From Podarcis tiliguerta (lineage: Eukaryota): a DNA stretch of 64,000 bases. Positions 23,990 to 34,851 of the stretch are shown piece by piece. The translations under genes and the position numbers were made by a program. The stretch is taken from NCBI GenBank assembly GCA_965153285.1, contig OZ229110.1; one strand, given 5' to 3'. The notes below the pieces were generated by a model. The model did not search any database. It was not told where the DNA came from and saw only the letters and a list, made by a program, of their open reading frames with translations. Each line of letters begins with the position of its first letter. Position 1 is the first letter of the stretch.

Positions 23990-24700
23990 CCCCCGCCCGC
24001 CTTGCCCTCTGGCACAGTTACAGTGCCTTGAATTGCTGCATGGCGGGCAAAACATCCAACAGCTGCAGCGTTTCCCTCCCACCCCTAGAGAGAAAACTTC
24101 CCCTGGTGAACTTCCACCTGGTCAAGGGGCTCTTGAGGCACAGAAACGCCACAAGGGAAGACGAAGCAGCAGCAACTGGAGGCTGCAGACGTCCCCTCCC
24201 AGGTCTCGAGGACCGTGCCAAAGGGCGCAGCTGTGGGGACGTCCCTGGGGAGGGAGCCCTATGCCTGCTCCCTCCTCCACAGGAAGGGCGCACCTTCGCC
24301 CAGGCCCACAAAGACAGGGCCCGCGCTCCTACGGGCAAGCTGGCTCAGTTGCTAGGCAACCACTCGGGGCTGCAGCGAGCGCGCGGAGAGGGAATCGGAA
24401 TTACCTTGCTTAATCGACCCGGCAGCATCCGTAGCCGGACCGCGGCTCCACAGCCTCGCGCATAGCGTTCTTGGGCGTCTTGACACGTCACACTCAACAG
24501 CGCTCGCTTGTAGAATGCGACGTCACATGACGCCGCGTAAAAGTCGCCATTGCTCTGCGGGGGTAAGGAGGGGAAGGCGTAGCTTAAGCCGCCATTGCTT
24601 TGTGGGGATATATGGCTGCGGGAGCAGCCATTGGTCTACGCAGTCGCGGGTGTGGTCTGAATCTGCCTATGGGAATAATGGTGGAACGGCGCAATACTGT
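23990..24700. promoter_or_regulatory. CpG island / SEC22A promoter
   Basis: Marked local rise in GC and CpG. Contains GTTGCTAGGCAAC (24348-24360), TGACACGTCA (24481-24490), GTCACATGAC (24522-24531), GCCGCCATT (YY1-like, about 24588) and a minus-strand CCAAT (24630-24634). Confidence 0.85.
24405..24490 (-). other. SEC22A: Putative non-coding exon 1 of SEC22A (5' boundary approximate)
   Basis: CAAG|gtaatt donor at 24404-24399 inside the only CpG island upstream of the first coding exon. That coding exon begins with a splice acceptor, so an upstream exon is required. Confidence 0.65.
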
Positions 24701-25800
24701 TCAGAGGTAAAGTCCTATTGCATTCAGCGGGGCTTGCTCCCAAGTAAGTGGTGCCGCTGGGTAATTAAATTGCCGTATACCTTTTAAAAAAAAACCCCGC
24801 CCGAGAATTTGTATAATCCAAACCATGATTTTGGGAAGTTGAAACAAAAACGGTACACCTGGATTTGAAACTAGGAGGGATATTAATTGGTTATAATCGT
24901 ATTGTCTTTATTAGGGACTAGCGCCTTTTGAGATTTCGGGGTTTACATGGCAATTGTAAATCGAAAGATCCCAAAAGAAATAAATAAACTACTGTATACA
25001 ATTAACTGGATATTGATTAGTACTTTCTAAAATAGTAAAATATAATTTGAGGTGTTGCAAAGTGGTATATGGAAAAAAAATTTAAAAATATTTTTTATTA
25101 ACAGACCAATCAAATCAAATCACATAAATTCCAAATTACAAAGCCGAATTTTAAATTTTTTGTTGGGGGTACCCATATTTCAAAAGGGATCCGTATTCCG
25201 AAAGGGATCCAATCATGGTATATAGAATTTTTTTAAAAAAAATGTAATTGACCTAGAATACGAGCAGATAATGTCATTTTAATAAACTTTCATGCCCACT
25301 CAAAAATACCTTTCAACCAAGAGCTAAATCCTTAACATCTTAATTATCTTTGAATAATTGACACTGGTGGAAATGAGCCAAGATGGTTCTGTTCATAAAC
25401 TTCCTGCAATAATGACATGTCTTCCTCCAACACTGTGTTCTCAAAATATTGTCTGTGGAAATGAGGGCAAGGGGCCTTTAAAGGTATGCTAGGATCCCAA
25501 CCTGAACTGAAGAATGCACATCTACAGTATTCCTTCATTCTAAGTGTGTGGAGACAGGAAAGGTAAGGTATTCTGTATATATGCCCAGAAGTACTCACTG
25601 TATTTATATCTGTGGCTATACATAGATAAGTCTGAGGGCTAAGGCTATGGGGCCAAAGACAATACTATCTTCAAGAGATTATTTCCCCCTACACCACTGC
25701 AGTGATAGTCCTTTCAATACTGTCTGATAGTTATTATATTAGCTTTATGATTGCTGAGCCTAATATATAAACCACAGGTACATGACTTAGAAACTTTTCT

Positions 25801-25840
25801 TTATTAAATCTGAGTGGTCTTTATTAAATCTGAGTGGTCT
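25801..25840. repeat. Perfect 20-bp tandem duplication
   Basis: TTATTAAATCTGAGTGGTCT twice. Confidence 0.95.
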
Positions 25841-25990
25841 CTCCACAAATCTAAAAGCCTAACAGTCTGGTTAAGGGTTTATGGAGAGCATTAGGATACC
25901 TACAGACATATTTAAAAACTGGCATCATAGTACAAATTTCCCATTGGGGTGTGTCTGCTTTCTTTTTATGTTGGGATGCTATGGACAGAC

Positions 25991-26206
25991 GTAAAGGCAA
26001 AGGCAACTGAACATTAGGTCCAGTTGCGAACGACTCTGGGGTTGCGGCACTCATCTCGCTTTATTGGCCGAGGGAGCCGGTGTACAGCTTCCAGGTCATG
26101 TGGCCAGCATGACTAAGCCACTTCTGGCGAACCAGAGCAATGCACGGAAACACCATTTACCTTCCCGCCGGAGCAGTACCCGTTTATCTACTTGCACTTT
26201 GATGTG
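25991..26206 (-). mobile_element. Sauria SINE, subfamily A, 5'-truncated
   Basis: Reverse complement of the 3' ~215 nt of the 18260 and 23204 copies. Confidence 0.9.
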
Positions 26207-26441
26207 ACTCTTCACTTGCTTTTTTTGTTTTTTGTAAAGCCACTCTTTTTTTAAAAAGCTGAAAAATTTAAAAGGGGGATAAGTGGCCTCATGATGTTGT
26301 AAGCAGCTAGCCAACATAGCACAGCCAGGTTCAGCTACAAACAGGATGGATTTTCCTTAAGGAAAAGGTGAACAAAAACGGATGAATACTCATCCACAGC
26401 GGACTTACAACTCAAGTTACAAGTATCTGGATGCACACTTA

Positions 26442-26530
26442 GGCTGCAATCCTAAATGCACTTGCTGCAGCGGAAGTCCCACTGAACATTCTGGGACTTA
26501 CTTCCAAGTAAGCATCAATAGGGATGTCAG
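26442..26530. repeat. Short hairpin-type dispersed repeat (GGCTGCAATCCTA...AAGTCCCA-loop-TGGGACTT...)
   Basis: Internal inverted repeat. Related degenerate copies at about 10054-10137, 10312-10394, 20805-20850, 22541-22578 and 24700-24750. Confidence 0.65.
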
Positions 26531-27516
26531 TAGATGACCCATTCCCACCTGCTTTTTATCCTTTTTTTTATAATTTCTGAAGTAAAATTCAAAGACAGTG
26601 GCAGGATTTCCCTATATAATACACTGGGAGAACAGAAAAACCTAAGGATGAGATGTATGACAATACCTTTATTCCAATATTTTCAATATGTACCAGTTTG
26701 TATTGATTTTCTGTACATGTTTGTATTGCTTTCAAAGCACCAAGGTTGATGTGTTCTGTGGCTCACCAAGAAGAAGAGTGTACAACCTGCAGAAAAATTG
26801 ACAAACTGTCAGGTTCCTGTTGGGGAGGATGCCAGCATTTGCCATCTTTTAAGAATAAAGACTACATATGTGCTGCTATGAAAAGAGTGATATAGCAGGT
26901 GAGTGCTCAACATTATACTACAAAAGTCCCCCTGAAAGAAAGAGAATCTTTAATATGCACGTGTAGCTAAGGCAATTAGCTCATGTAAACACATCATCAT
27001 GTATGTCATGATTTTGTACGTTTTTTAAAAGTCAAAAAGCATAAAATTATGCTAAATTGTGTTTCTGCTGTTTAAACATGTTTTTTATATATAACAAGTA
27101 TGTTTAAAGTAATATTCCTCCAAAATGTCTGAAAAAAAGTATGCAACATAATTTTGCATACAGAAGAGGAACCACAGGGAAATAATCAGTCCATTGATAT
27201 CTATATTTTTTTAAGTATCATGACAAACTCATTATTTTATGGTGTATAATCTGTTATTGTCAAACATCGAAACTGCTGCTCAGCACCACTGAAGTCAGTG
27301 GGAAATTTACCAGCAACATCAATGTATAGCAGCTTCTATATAAACTAAGCAACCAGATATTTTAGGGTGTTAAATGTGCCAAATATACCCAGAATTAATT
27401 ATTTGGCAACAGCCTCACAGGTGAACTATGCAGACATTTTTATTCTGAATGGAACAGATCTGACCAAAGATCAGAGTTAAAATGGAAACTGTTTTACCAC
27501 CAATTATGATTGTTGT

Positions 27517-27878
27517 GGGACGCGGGTGGCGCTGTGGGTTAAAGCCTCAGCGCGTAGGGCTTGCCGATCAAGAGGTCGGTGGTTTGAATCCCCGCGGCGG
27601 GGTGCGCTCCTGTTGCTCGGCCCCAGCGCCTGCCAACCTAGCAGTTCGAAAGCACTCTCGGGTGCAAGTAGATAAATAGGGACCGCTTACTAGCGGGAAG
27701 GTAAACGGCGTTTCCGTGTGTGGCTCTGGCTCGCCAGAGCAGCGATGTCATGCTGGCCACGTGACCCGGAAGTGTCTTTGGACAGCGCTGGCCCTCGGCC
27801 TCTTTGAGTGAGATGGGCGCACAACCCTAGAGTCTGTCAAGACTGGCCCGTACGGGCAGGGGTACCTTTACCTTTACC
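27517..27878 (+). mobile_element. Sauria SINE, subfamily B, full length, young
   Basis: GGGACGCGGGTGGCGCTG head, CpG-rich, (ACCTTT)n tail. TSD TATGATTGTTGT at 27505-27516 and 27879-27890. Confidence 0.95.
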
Positions 27879-28794
27879 TATGATTGTTGTGAATTCCTCA
27901 TCTCTAATATGGAGCTATTTGCTTGTTTGTAAATGCCTAGAATAATTTTTCTTCAAACATTATATAAACTTCATATATAATCATCTTTGGAAGAGAAGTC
28001 TGAGAATCTGTACTAATTACAGTGATGTTTTTTCTTATACAGACAGTTGTCCTTGGGGAGTGGAGCTCGACCACCTAATACATCTCACAAAGGCCGACAA
28101 ACAATCTTCAGATCTCAGTAACTCCCCATCATAACTGAGCTGCACTAGATTTGAACTGACAACTTTGAAGAAGGATTCTCCATATCCAATTACCCAGGTC
28201 CCTGATGAGCTCAATGTTTATCTGAAAGCTCTGCCTTCTGAAGTGTGATGAGAGGATTCTTCCCATCTTCAGCTGGGTTGCAACTTGCCTGCACTCCCTT
28301 CTATCAAATAAAACTTTTATTCCATTACTCCTCATCTCATTTCTGGCCTTTTTGTTCTCACAAGAGACCGTTGCCTGCTTAATTTCTCCCTCCATCTAAA
28401 TTAGTGTTTGGCCATGTAATTGAATATATTTAATTGTAGAAGGAATTTTGGCTATTTGCTGATTATATTAAAAGGACTGAGAGCTACATTCAGCTCATCA
28501 AGCTAGGCTGAGCTAGAGTTGAACCCTGGGGACCCCCTGATGGCTGTCAACAACACAGACAAAGCCCTTCAAGGTTCTGCTTCCTGCCCTGTTACGAAAG
28601 AGGAAGGCAGCTGACATTAGGCTGGACTGGCAGGAAAACAAATCTCAACAGGGGCTGGCTTTCCTCCCCCAAGGGCTGGAAGCAGGAATGGAGGGAAAAG
28701 GCCAGTCACATGTCCATAGAAGAATGGAATAAAACTCCCTGTCACTAAGCTATTGAGGCTCTCTTCCCTTCCTCACAAGTCTCCTGCCTTCACC

Positions 28795-29076
28795 TAGAGC
28801 CCTCCAGGTGTTCTCAGATTCTAGCCCCATCATCCTGACCATTAGGCTGTGCTGTCTAAGGCTGATGGGAGTTGGAGTTCATAGGGTTACAACAGGCATA
28901 GGTAAACTCGGCCCTCCAGATGTTTTGGGACTACAACTCCCATAACAGGACCAGAGAACTCAGACCTTCTATTCCCCGTTCAACACCCTTAACACTTCCC
29001 AGGATCCTTTGGGGAAAGCCATGACTGTTTAAAGAGGTACAGTACTATTTTCTATATATGGTGCGGATGTGGCCCT
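28795..29076. mobile_element. Cluster of MITE fragments (hAT-like and Harbinger-like)
   Basis: CCCTCCAGATGTTTTGGGACTACAACTCCCAT and GCTGATGGGAGTTGGAGT pieces, then a fragment ending GGTGCGGATGTGGCCC. Confidence 0.55.
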
Positions 29077-31066
29077 AGAGAGAAGACAGGCATTTTGATT
29101 GTAAAATAATGATAATTTTAAAAAATGAAACACTGACAGGTAAACTTTCATAGCACGTGACAAAGAAAACAGGAAAGGCCAGGGGTGAAATTCAACACTG
29201 AGCTCTTCCAAGCGTTCAATTTGCCCAAGCATTTCAGCTTGCCAAACAGAACAATACCCGTTTGTCCCATGTTCTGCTTTGGGAGTTTTCCTGATGCCCT
29301 ACAAGCTAATTTTGTGGGGTGCAGGTGGGGTGCAAGGCAGGAAATGGAAGGCCCAGCTGAGCAAGTGGGTGTTCTCACGCAAAGCTTCTACTTTACAGGA
29401 CTGGTGAGGTGAATCCCACCCATGCTCTCTTTTTATTTCTTTTTAGAAAAGTGGTACTATTTTATTACCCACTCAGACTTAAAAAAAAACAAGCCTGTTT
29501 TTTAAAAATACAAAATCATTTATGAACATAGGATCTTTGTCAAATGAGAAAGGGAGAAGAGGAATAGCTAAAAAGAAACTGGACAAATGATGGAACTAGT
29601 TCCTTGAACTTGGGAGAGTAGGAGTGGGGAAAGAGTACCCAAATCTAATAAACAAATTTAAGTGTCCTTTGAATCTCCTCACCTTTAATCCCTTCTTCAA
29701 AACCATTTGGCTGAGCTAATGATATCTACCCCCCAGGGTCTTCCCTTCTGAGTGCATTTCAAAAATTTGTTATAAGGTTAAATACAGTTGTAGAGTTCAA
29801 TAATAACTATGATGGAGAAAGAAACTAAGAAGTGCTGGCAAGGGAGAAAAATTGTTTTCACGTGAGACTGGAAATGAGATAGAGAGTTGATGAGGCGGAG
29901 AAGTGGCCACCACAGATGATAAGAATGTCAGCTGTGGTGAGACTGTGTGAAGGAGACTCTGTAGCAAATGAACTCTGGGAGTAAACAGAAGTGAAGTCTA
30001 TGGTAGGGAGAATATAGAATTAAGCCCTGTAATAAATCTGAGAACCTTGCAGCTGGCTTAGAGGAAGCTGACATCCAGCCTTTCATTTTCCTCTTGTGCA
30101 ATGTAAGGGCTAGGCAAAAGATAATTTTCCTATAAATTAATACAATAAAATGACCTACATTCATCAACAGTCCCATTTATGCTTATGACTTTACTTCTTT
30201 CAGTGCATATGAATGTGTGTGAATAAAAAGACTCGTCAGGGGAAACCATTCCTATTATAGATAAAATTATGTAAGCAGCGTTGTGAGTACTCCATGCCTG
30301 CAAACTTCAAATTCTGCTGAAAGGTAATCCAAATTCTGCACTAACAGCATGATCTGCATCCTCTCTATACATTAAGCAAATTCACCCATTTTTTTCATTT
30401 TGTGCAGCTTATATTCCCCATAAAAGTGCCAAAGTGCAAAAAAACTGGCACTTTCCCCTGAAATATTTCATGCTGTTGCCACCACCCCTCCATTCCTGCC
30501 ATGTCTCCATCTTCAGTATCAACAAATACTCAAGTGAGCCTACGCACCCAAATGCCCCATAGCAAATGAAATTATGCTGTTTCATGACAGGTGACATGCT
30601 GATATTTTCAAACATTAATAATTAAACCATATGACATTAGCCAGCCATGGAAAGTGACACCAGTGCTACCCTGTGCCTAAATATAGGCGAAAAATGTACA
30701 AATGTTTCAACTGGGGTTCCAATATATGTATGTGTGCCATGAGCATCTACTTATCAATTGGCTGCCCATTGTGTCTCCCAAATTTGCTGTACTGTGTATT
30801 TGCAATCTCTGATTTAGCATCAATGTCTTAACAACACATCTCCGTGTATTTATCAGGAATGCATGTGGTAGTGTGGAATGGTGGAGGAGGAGCATGGCAA
30901 TTGAACATTTTTACTTGAAATGCTGAATTTTATTCTTACTTTAATGTTTTAACATGATTATAAATTTTCATCAAATGTACCTGTAATTTTATTTTACTAT
31001 TTAATAATGACATGCAAGACAATAATCACAATATGAGCAACCTGCAGATGAATCACAATTGCCAAC

Positions 31067-31242
31067 CAGGGGTGCCAACTTCAATAAAATATTGGGTGGG
31101 GCTAGGTTAGCCCTGCCCTGCATTATTGATCACAAGCATACCATTTGAATGGCAGTGCCCATCAACTTTGAGGAGCCCAGACCCCTCAAATATGTTATTG
31201 GGGAGCTGAAGGGACCTTGGCCCCTAGGAGTTGGCTCCTATG
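31067..31242. mobile_element. hAT-like MITE
   Basis: Termini CAGGGGTGCCAACT and AGTTGGCTCCTATG; TSD not clear. Confidence 0.6.
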
Positions 31243-33463
31243 CTAAGTGCAAATACTATGAAGCTATGAAGAAAGATGTCTGCACTGTAAACACATAGGA
31301 GCAACATAGTTACTGAATGACATACTGCAAAAAGACACCATATATCCTCATTGGTTTTCAAATAATTAAAGACCACTGTCTACCCATTATTTCCACTCAC
31401 AATTTCCAATTTATTTCCATTGTGATTTCTTTTCAGGACTGTCAGCCTTGTTACTATTAGAATTGCTGGCTGGCAGGTTTTTAAACGCTCAGTCCCAGAT
31501 GATTTTAAATGGACTATTCCTTAGAGCCAATAATTTTAAAAAGACAGTAATCCTTGTTATCGTGTTTAGGAATAATATTCTCCACATCAAGGCACCAGGT
31601 AGGACCTGAGAACATCCAATGACCCTTTCAATTGTGTGAATTTGTTCTCTGTTAAGGAGTTGTCACTCCCTGGAAAAGTGGAGATGACAGGAAGAGTCAC
31701 TGGATAGCAACTGAACAGGGGTTGGTTAGAATGACATTTTTATTACTACAGTTTTATCCTGTTCTTCCTCTAAGGAGATTCAGACAGCATGCAGGGTCAG
31801 CACCTCACCACCAAGGCAGGTCACCAGGTCAGCTTCAAGGCCAGGTGGGACTTTGAATTAACTACTGCACCACACTGACTCTTATTGTAAACACTTGGTT
31901 CTTTAGTGTATCAGCAGAAAAATAAGGATATCTCGATTCTTCCCAATGACAGGGGACAAGCAGTGGTCCAACAAACCTGCTACTATTTTTCTTTTCACAT
32001 TTAAGTGCTCAACGGAGAATATTAAGGGAGCTTATGACTGATGTCATTAAGTACTGTAGATACTTGGGGGTTCTAGAACTTGCAGATTTAGGTTCAAAAC
32101 AACCCTCCCCCCCAATGCTTTCAATCATTACCTGCATTTCTTAATAAAGATTTCAGTGGGTTGCAGAAGGCTGCAGAAAACAGACCCATTTCAAAGGAAC
32201 AGTCACTTAAGGGATAATCACATATAACTTCCTGAATCTGGAAAAAGAGGGATCAAGTCTTGCTAGCGAAGCTGCTAAAACTGAAAAATATGGGGCCCAT
32301 AGGGCAAATTGACCCATCTCAAAATACACAAATGCATTTCAAGGTGAGTTTCCTCACCCCTAAAAATGGCCTCCTACTCATAATTTAAATGAAGAATATT
32401 ATACATTTATGTACCTATTTGCTGCCTATTGTAGTTTCCAGTCCACAGTCCAGGCATTCGGAAAGGCAGCTGCCAGCTGCTGTGTTGGCACATGTTTGTT
32501 GATAGCTGAAATTGACTTGGATGTTATAGAACAATATCCTGACTCCTGAGTCCTTTTGACTGCAGCAATCAATCTACCCGCAAATTTCCAAGTCAGAAGA
32601 ACTCACATACACCCCAAGGGCAGGGCATGCATCATGCAAATGTGACCTTTAAAAATGCAAATCATGAGTCCAGACTGTTGAAGGGGAAAATTCTCTCATA
32701 AACAACAAGCCAATCAACCAATTTGCAGGTTTTTTGGGGGGGGGAGTGGGGGGACATGGCTGGCTGCCAAAGAGTCCCTGGACCAAAAGAGAGAGCAGAT
32801 AGCAAGGTTCAAGGAAATCTGGGATAGACATGAATGCAGTATTCATGAATGCAGCTGGAGGAGAAGTGAGCAGAGGATGGCGAAAAGGACAGTGAGTGAA
32901 GGGCTGCCGTTTTCTCACCCACATGGGACCCCCCCCCCCCCCCGGGAAGCTCACCAAGTCTGCTGTACCTGTGTGAAGACAGCAGATGATTGCTGAATAG
33001 GACACAGCTGTGGGCAGCCTGAGGTTGTTTCATGCACCTGTGGGCTTGCTCATAAAAAGCAAGCCTAAAGTAAAAGACTAGGGTGATATCAGCTGTTTTG
33101 TAGAATCATTATTCCTTGTTAAATTTTGTGGGAGAGTTGGAACTGATATTGATTTATATGCATTAGTAATGATGTACTAATGCAATATTTCCCCCCCTAT
33201 GTAACTGTTCATTTTTGTAAAAATTTCTTAATTTCTTGTTGTCTGATGTGACTTTAGTTTTCCATGCACCACTTAGAGATAATGTAATATATTAAGTAGT
33301 CTAAAACGGTCTAAGTAAAGAAACGAATAACATTCTGCTAAGGTGGGTGCAGATTGGTTACTTGGCTAGGAACCAGTGTTTCGTATGTAGGATCTGGAAA
33401 AGGAAATGGGAAGTGAGGGTCTAGGGAAGGATGAGGTGTTTCCTGACTTCTTATACATTTATA

Positions 33464-33580
33464 ATTTATTTGCTACACTTATATCCCTCCCTTTTTATGA
33501 TGCAACTCGGGGCAGCCAGCACAGTGTTCCCAGGCGACCTCCTACCCAGGCGCGGACCAGACCCACAACTGCTGCTTCAT
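33464..33580 (-). mobile_element. 5S rRNA-derived (SINE3-like) element with L2-like tail
   Basis: Minus strand GAAGCAGCAGTTGTGGGTCTGGTCCGCGCCTGGGTAGGAGGTCGCCTGGGAACAC..GTGCTG aligns to the 3' half of 5S rRNA, followed by an AGGGAGGGATATAAG...AAATAAA L2-type end. Confidence 0.7.
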
Positions 33581-33955
33581 ATGACTTTAGACCATACGTT
33601 ATCTTCCAGACCAGACTATTCGTGGTGGAGGGTGGGGATCTGGAACTAAAATCAAATCTTTGTCTGCGAAGCTGGTTGAAGAGGTGAGAGAACTGTACCT
33701 TAAAGGCCCTTGTGGTGGTCAGCCTTGGGATGGGGTATAGTGTGTGTGTGAAGCAACCTTCTTCCCACACAGACTATTTTGTCCTCTTAAGGGCTTGGGG
33801 GTTGAATAGGAATGGAGCTAGAAAACATTGCAAGGAAGAGGAGGATGCAGTGCACAAGCTGAGTTACTATCTGAATAAAATGAGGAGAGAAAGAAGACTT
33901 ACTAGACCCGCCATTTTCACAAATAAATCTGGACAGTGGTGCACTTGGGTAATTT

Positions 33956-34304
33956 CAGACCCCCTCCCAAGTATCCCTATTTTCCAGGGATGTCTCTGAT
34001 TTAGAGAATCCGTCCCAGTTTCCATTTTGTACCCGAAATGTCCCCCTTTTCCTCAGGATATCAATTTTTTAATTGGAGAAATGTTGGAGGCTATGGAGTT
34101 ATCTGACCCCCAAGCTGTCTAAGGCAATCCTATATAGGCAAGGTTTTTAAAAAAATGTTTAATGTTTTATTATGTTTTTCTATGTGTTGGAAGCTGCCCA
34201 GAGTGGCTGGGGCAACCTAGTAAGATGTGTGGAGTATAAATTGTAAGATTATCATTATGGAATGGGATGTCCCTATTTTCATCGATGAAATGTTGGAGGG
34301 TATG
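33956..34304. mobile_element. Composite non-autonomous DNA element containing an L2 3' fragment
   Basis: Termini CAGACCCC.TCC.AA and TTGGAGGGTATG, 6-bp direct repeat TAATTT on both flanks (33950-33955, 34305-34310), duplicated right end, internal L2 tail. Confidence 0.75.
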
Positions 34305-34489
34305 TAATTTTACCCTCTGGACTTAGTAGTCTCACAGGGAAGCGGGTGGGCTCTTCAGGTGGCAATGGGATTATAGCTACGTGGCATATACAGTGTGTAA
34401 ATAAATAAACAAACCACCCTGTATTATATTCAAATTGCACTACGCCCACCCTTTGATCATCCCACTGGGTGGTGGCCCTAAGCCCTATA

Positions 34490-34851
34490 GGTAAAGGTAA
34501 AGGTACCCCTGCCCGTACAGGCCAGTCTTGACAGACTCTAGGGTTGTGCGCCCATCTCACTCAAGAGGCCGGGGGCCAGCGCTGTCTGGAGACACTTCCG
34601 GGTCACGTGGCCAGCGTGACAAAGCTGCATCTGGCGAGCCAGCGCAGCACACGGAAACGGCGTTTACCTTCCCGCTGGTAAGCGGTCCCTATTTATCTAC
34701 TTGCACCCGAGAGTGCTTTCGAACTGCTAGGTTGGCAGGCGCTGGGACCGAACAACGGGAGCGCACCCCGCCGCGGGGATTCGAACCGCCGACCTTTCGA
34801 TCGGCAAGCCCTAGGCGCTGAGGCTTTTACCCACAGCGCCACCCGCGTCCC
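34490..34851 (-). mobile_element. Sauria SINE, subfamily B, full length, young
   Basis: Highly similar reverse complement of the 27517 copy. 14-bp TSD CCCTAAGCCCTATA at 34476-34489 and 34853-34866. Confidence 0.95.

Noticed and set aside
24018-24787. Several overlapping 90-145 aa ORFs
   Set aside because: Expected in a GC-rich CpG island with few stop codons; low-complexity translations with no recognisable domain.
33513-33578. 5S rRNA gene
   Set aside because: Partial, heavily diverged and embedded in a retroposon.
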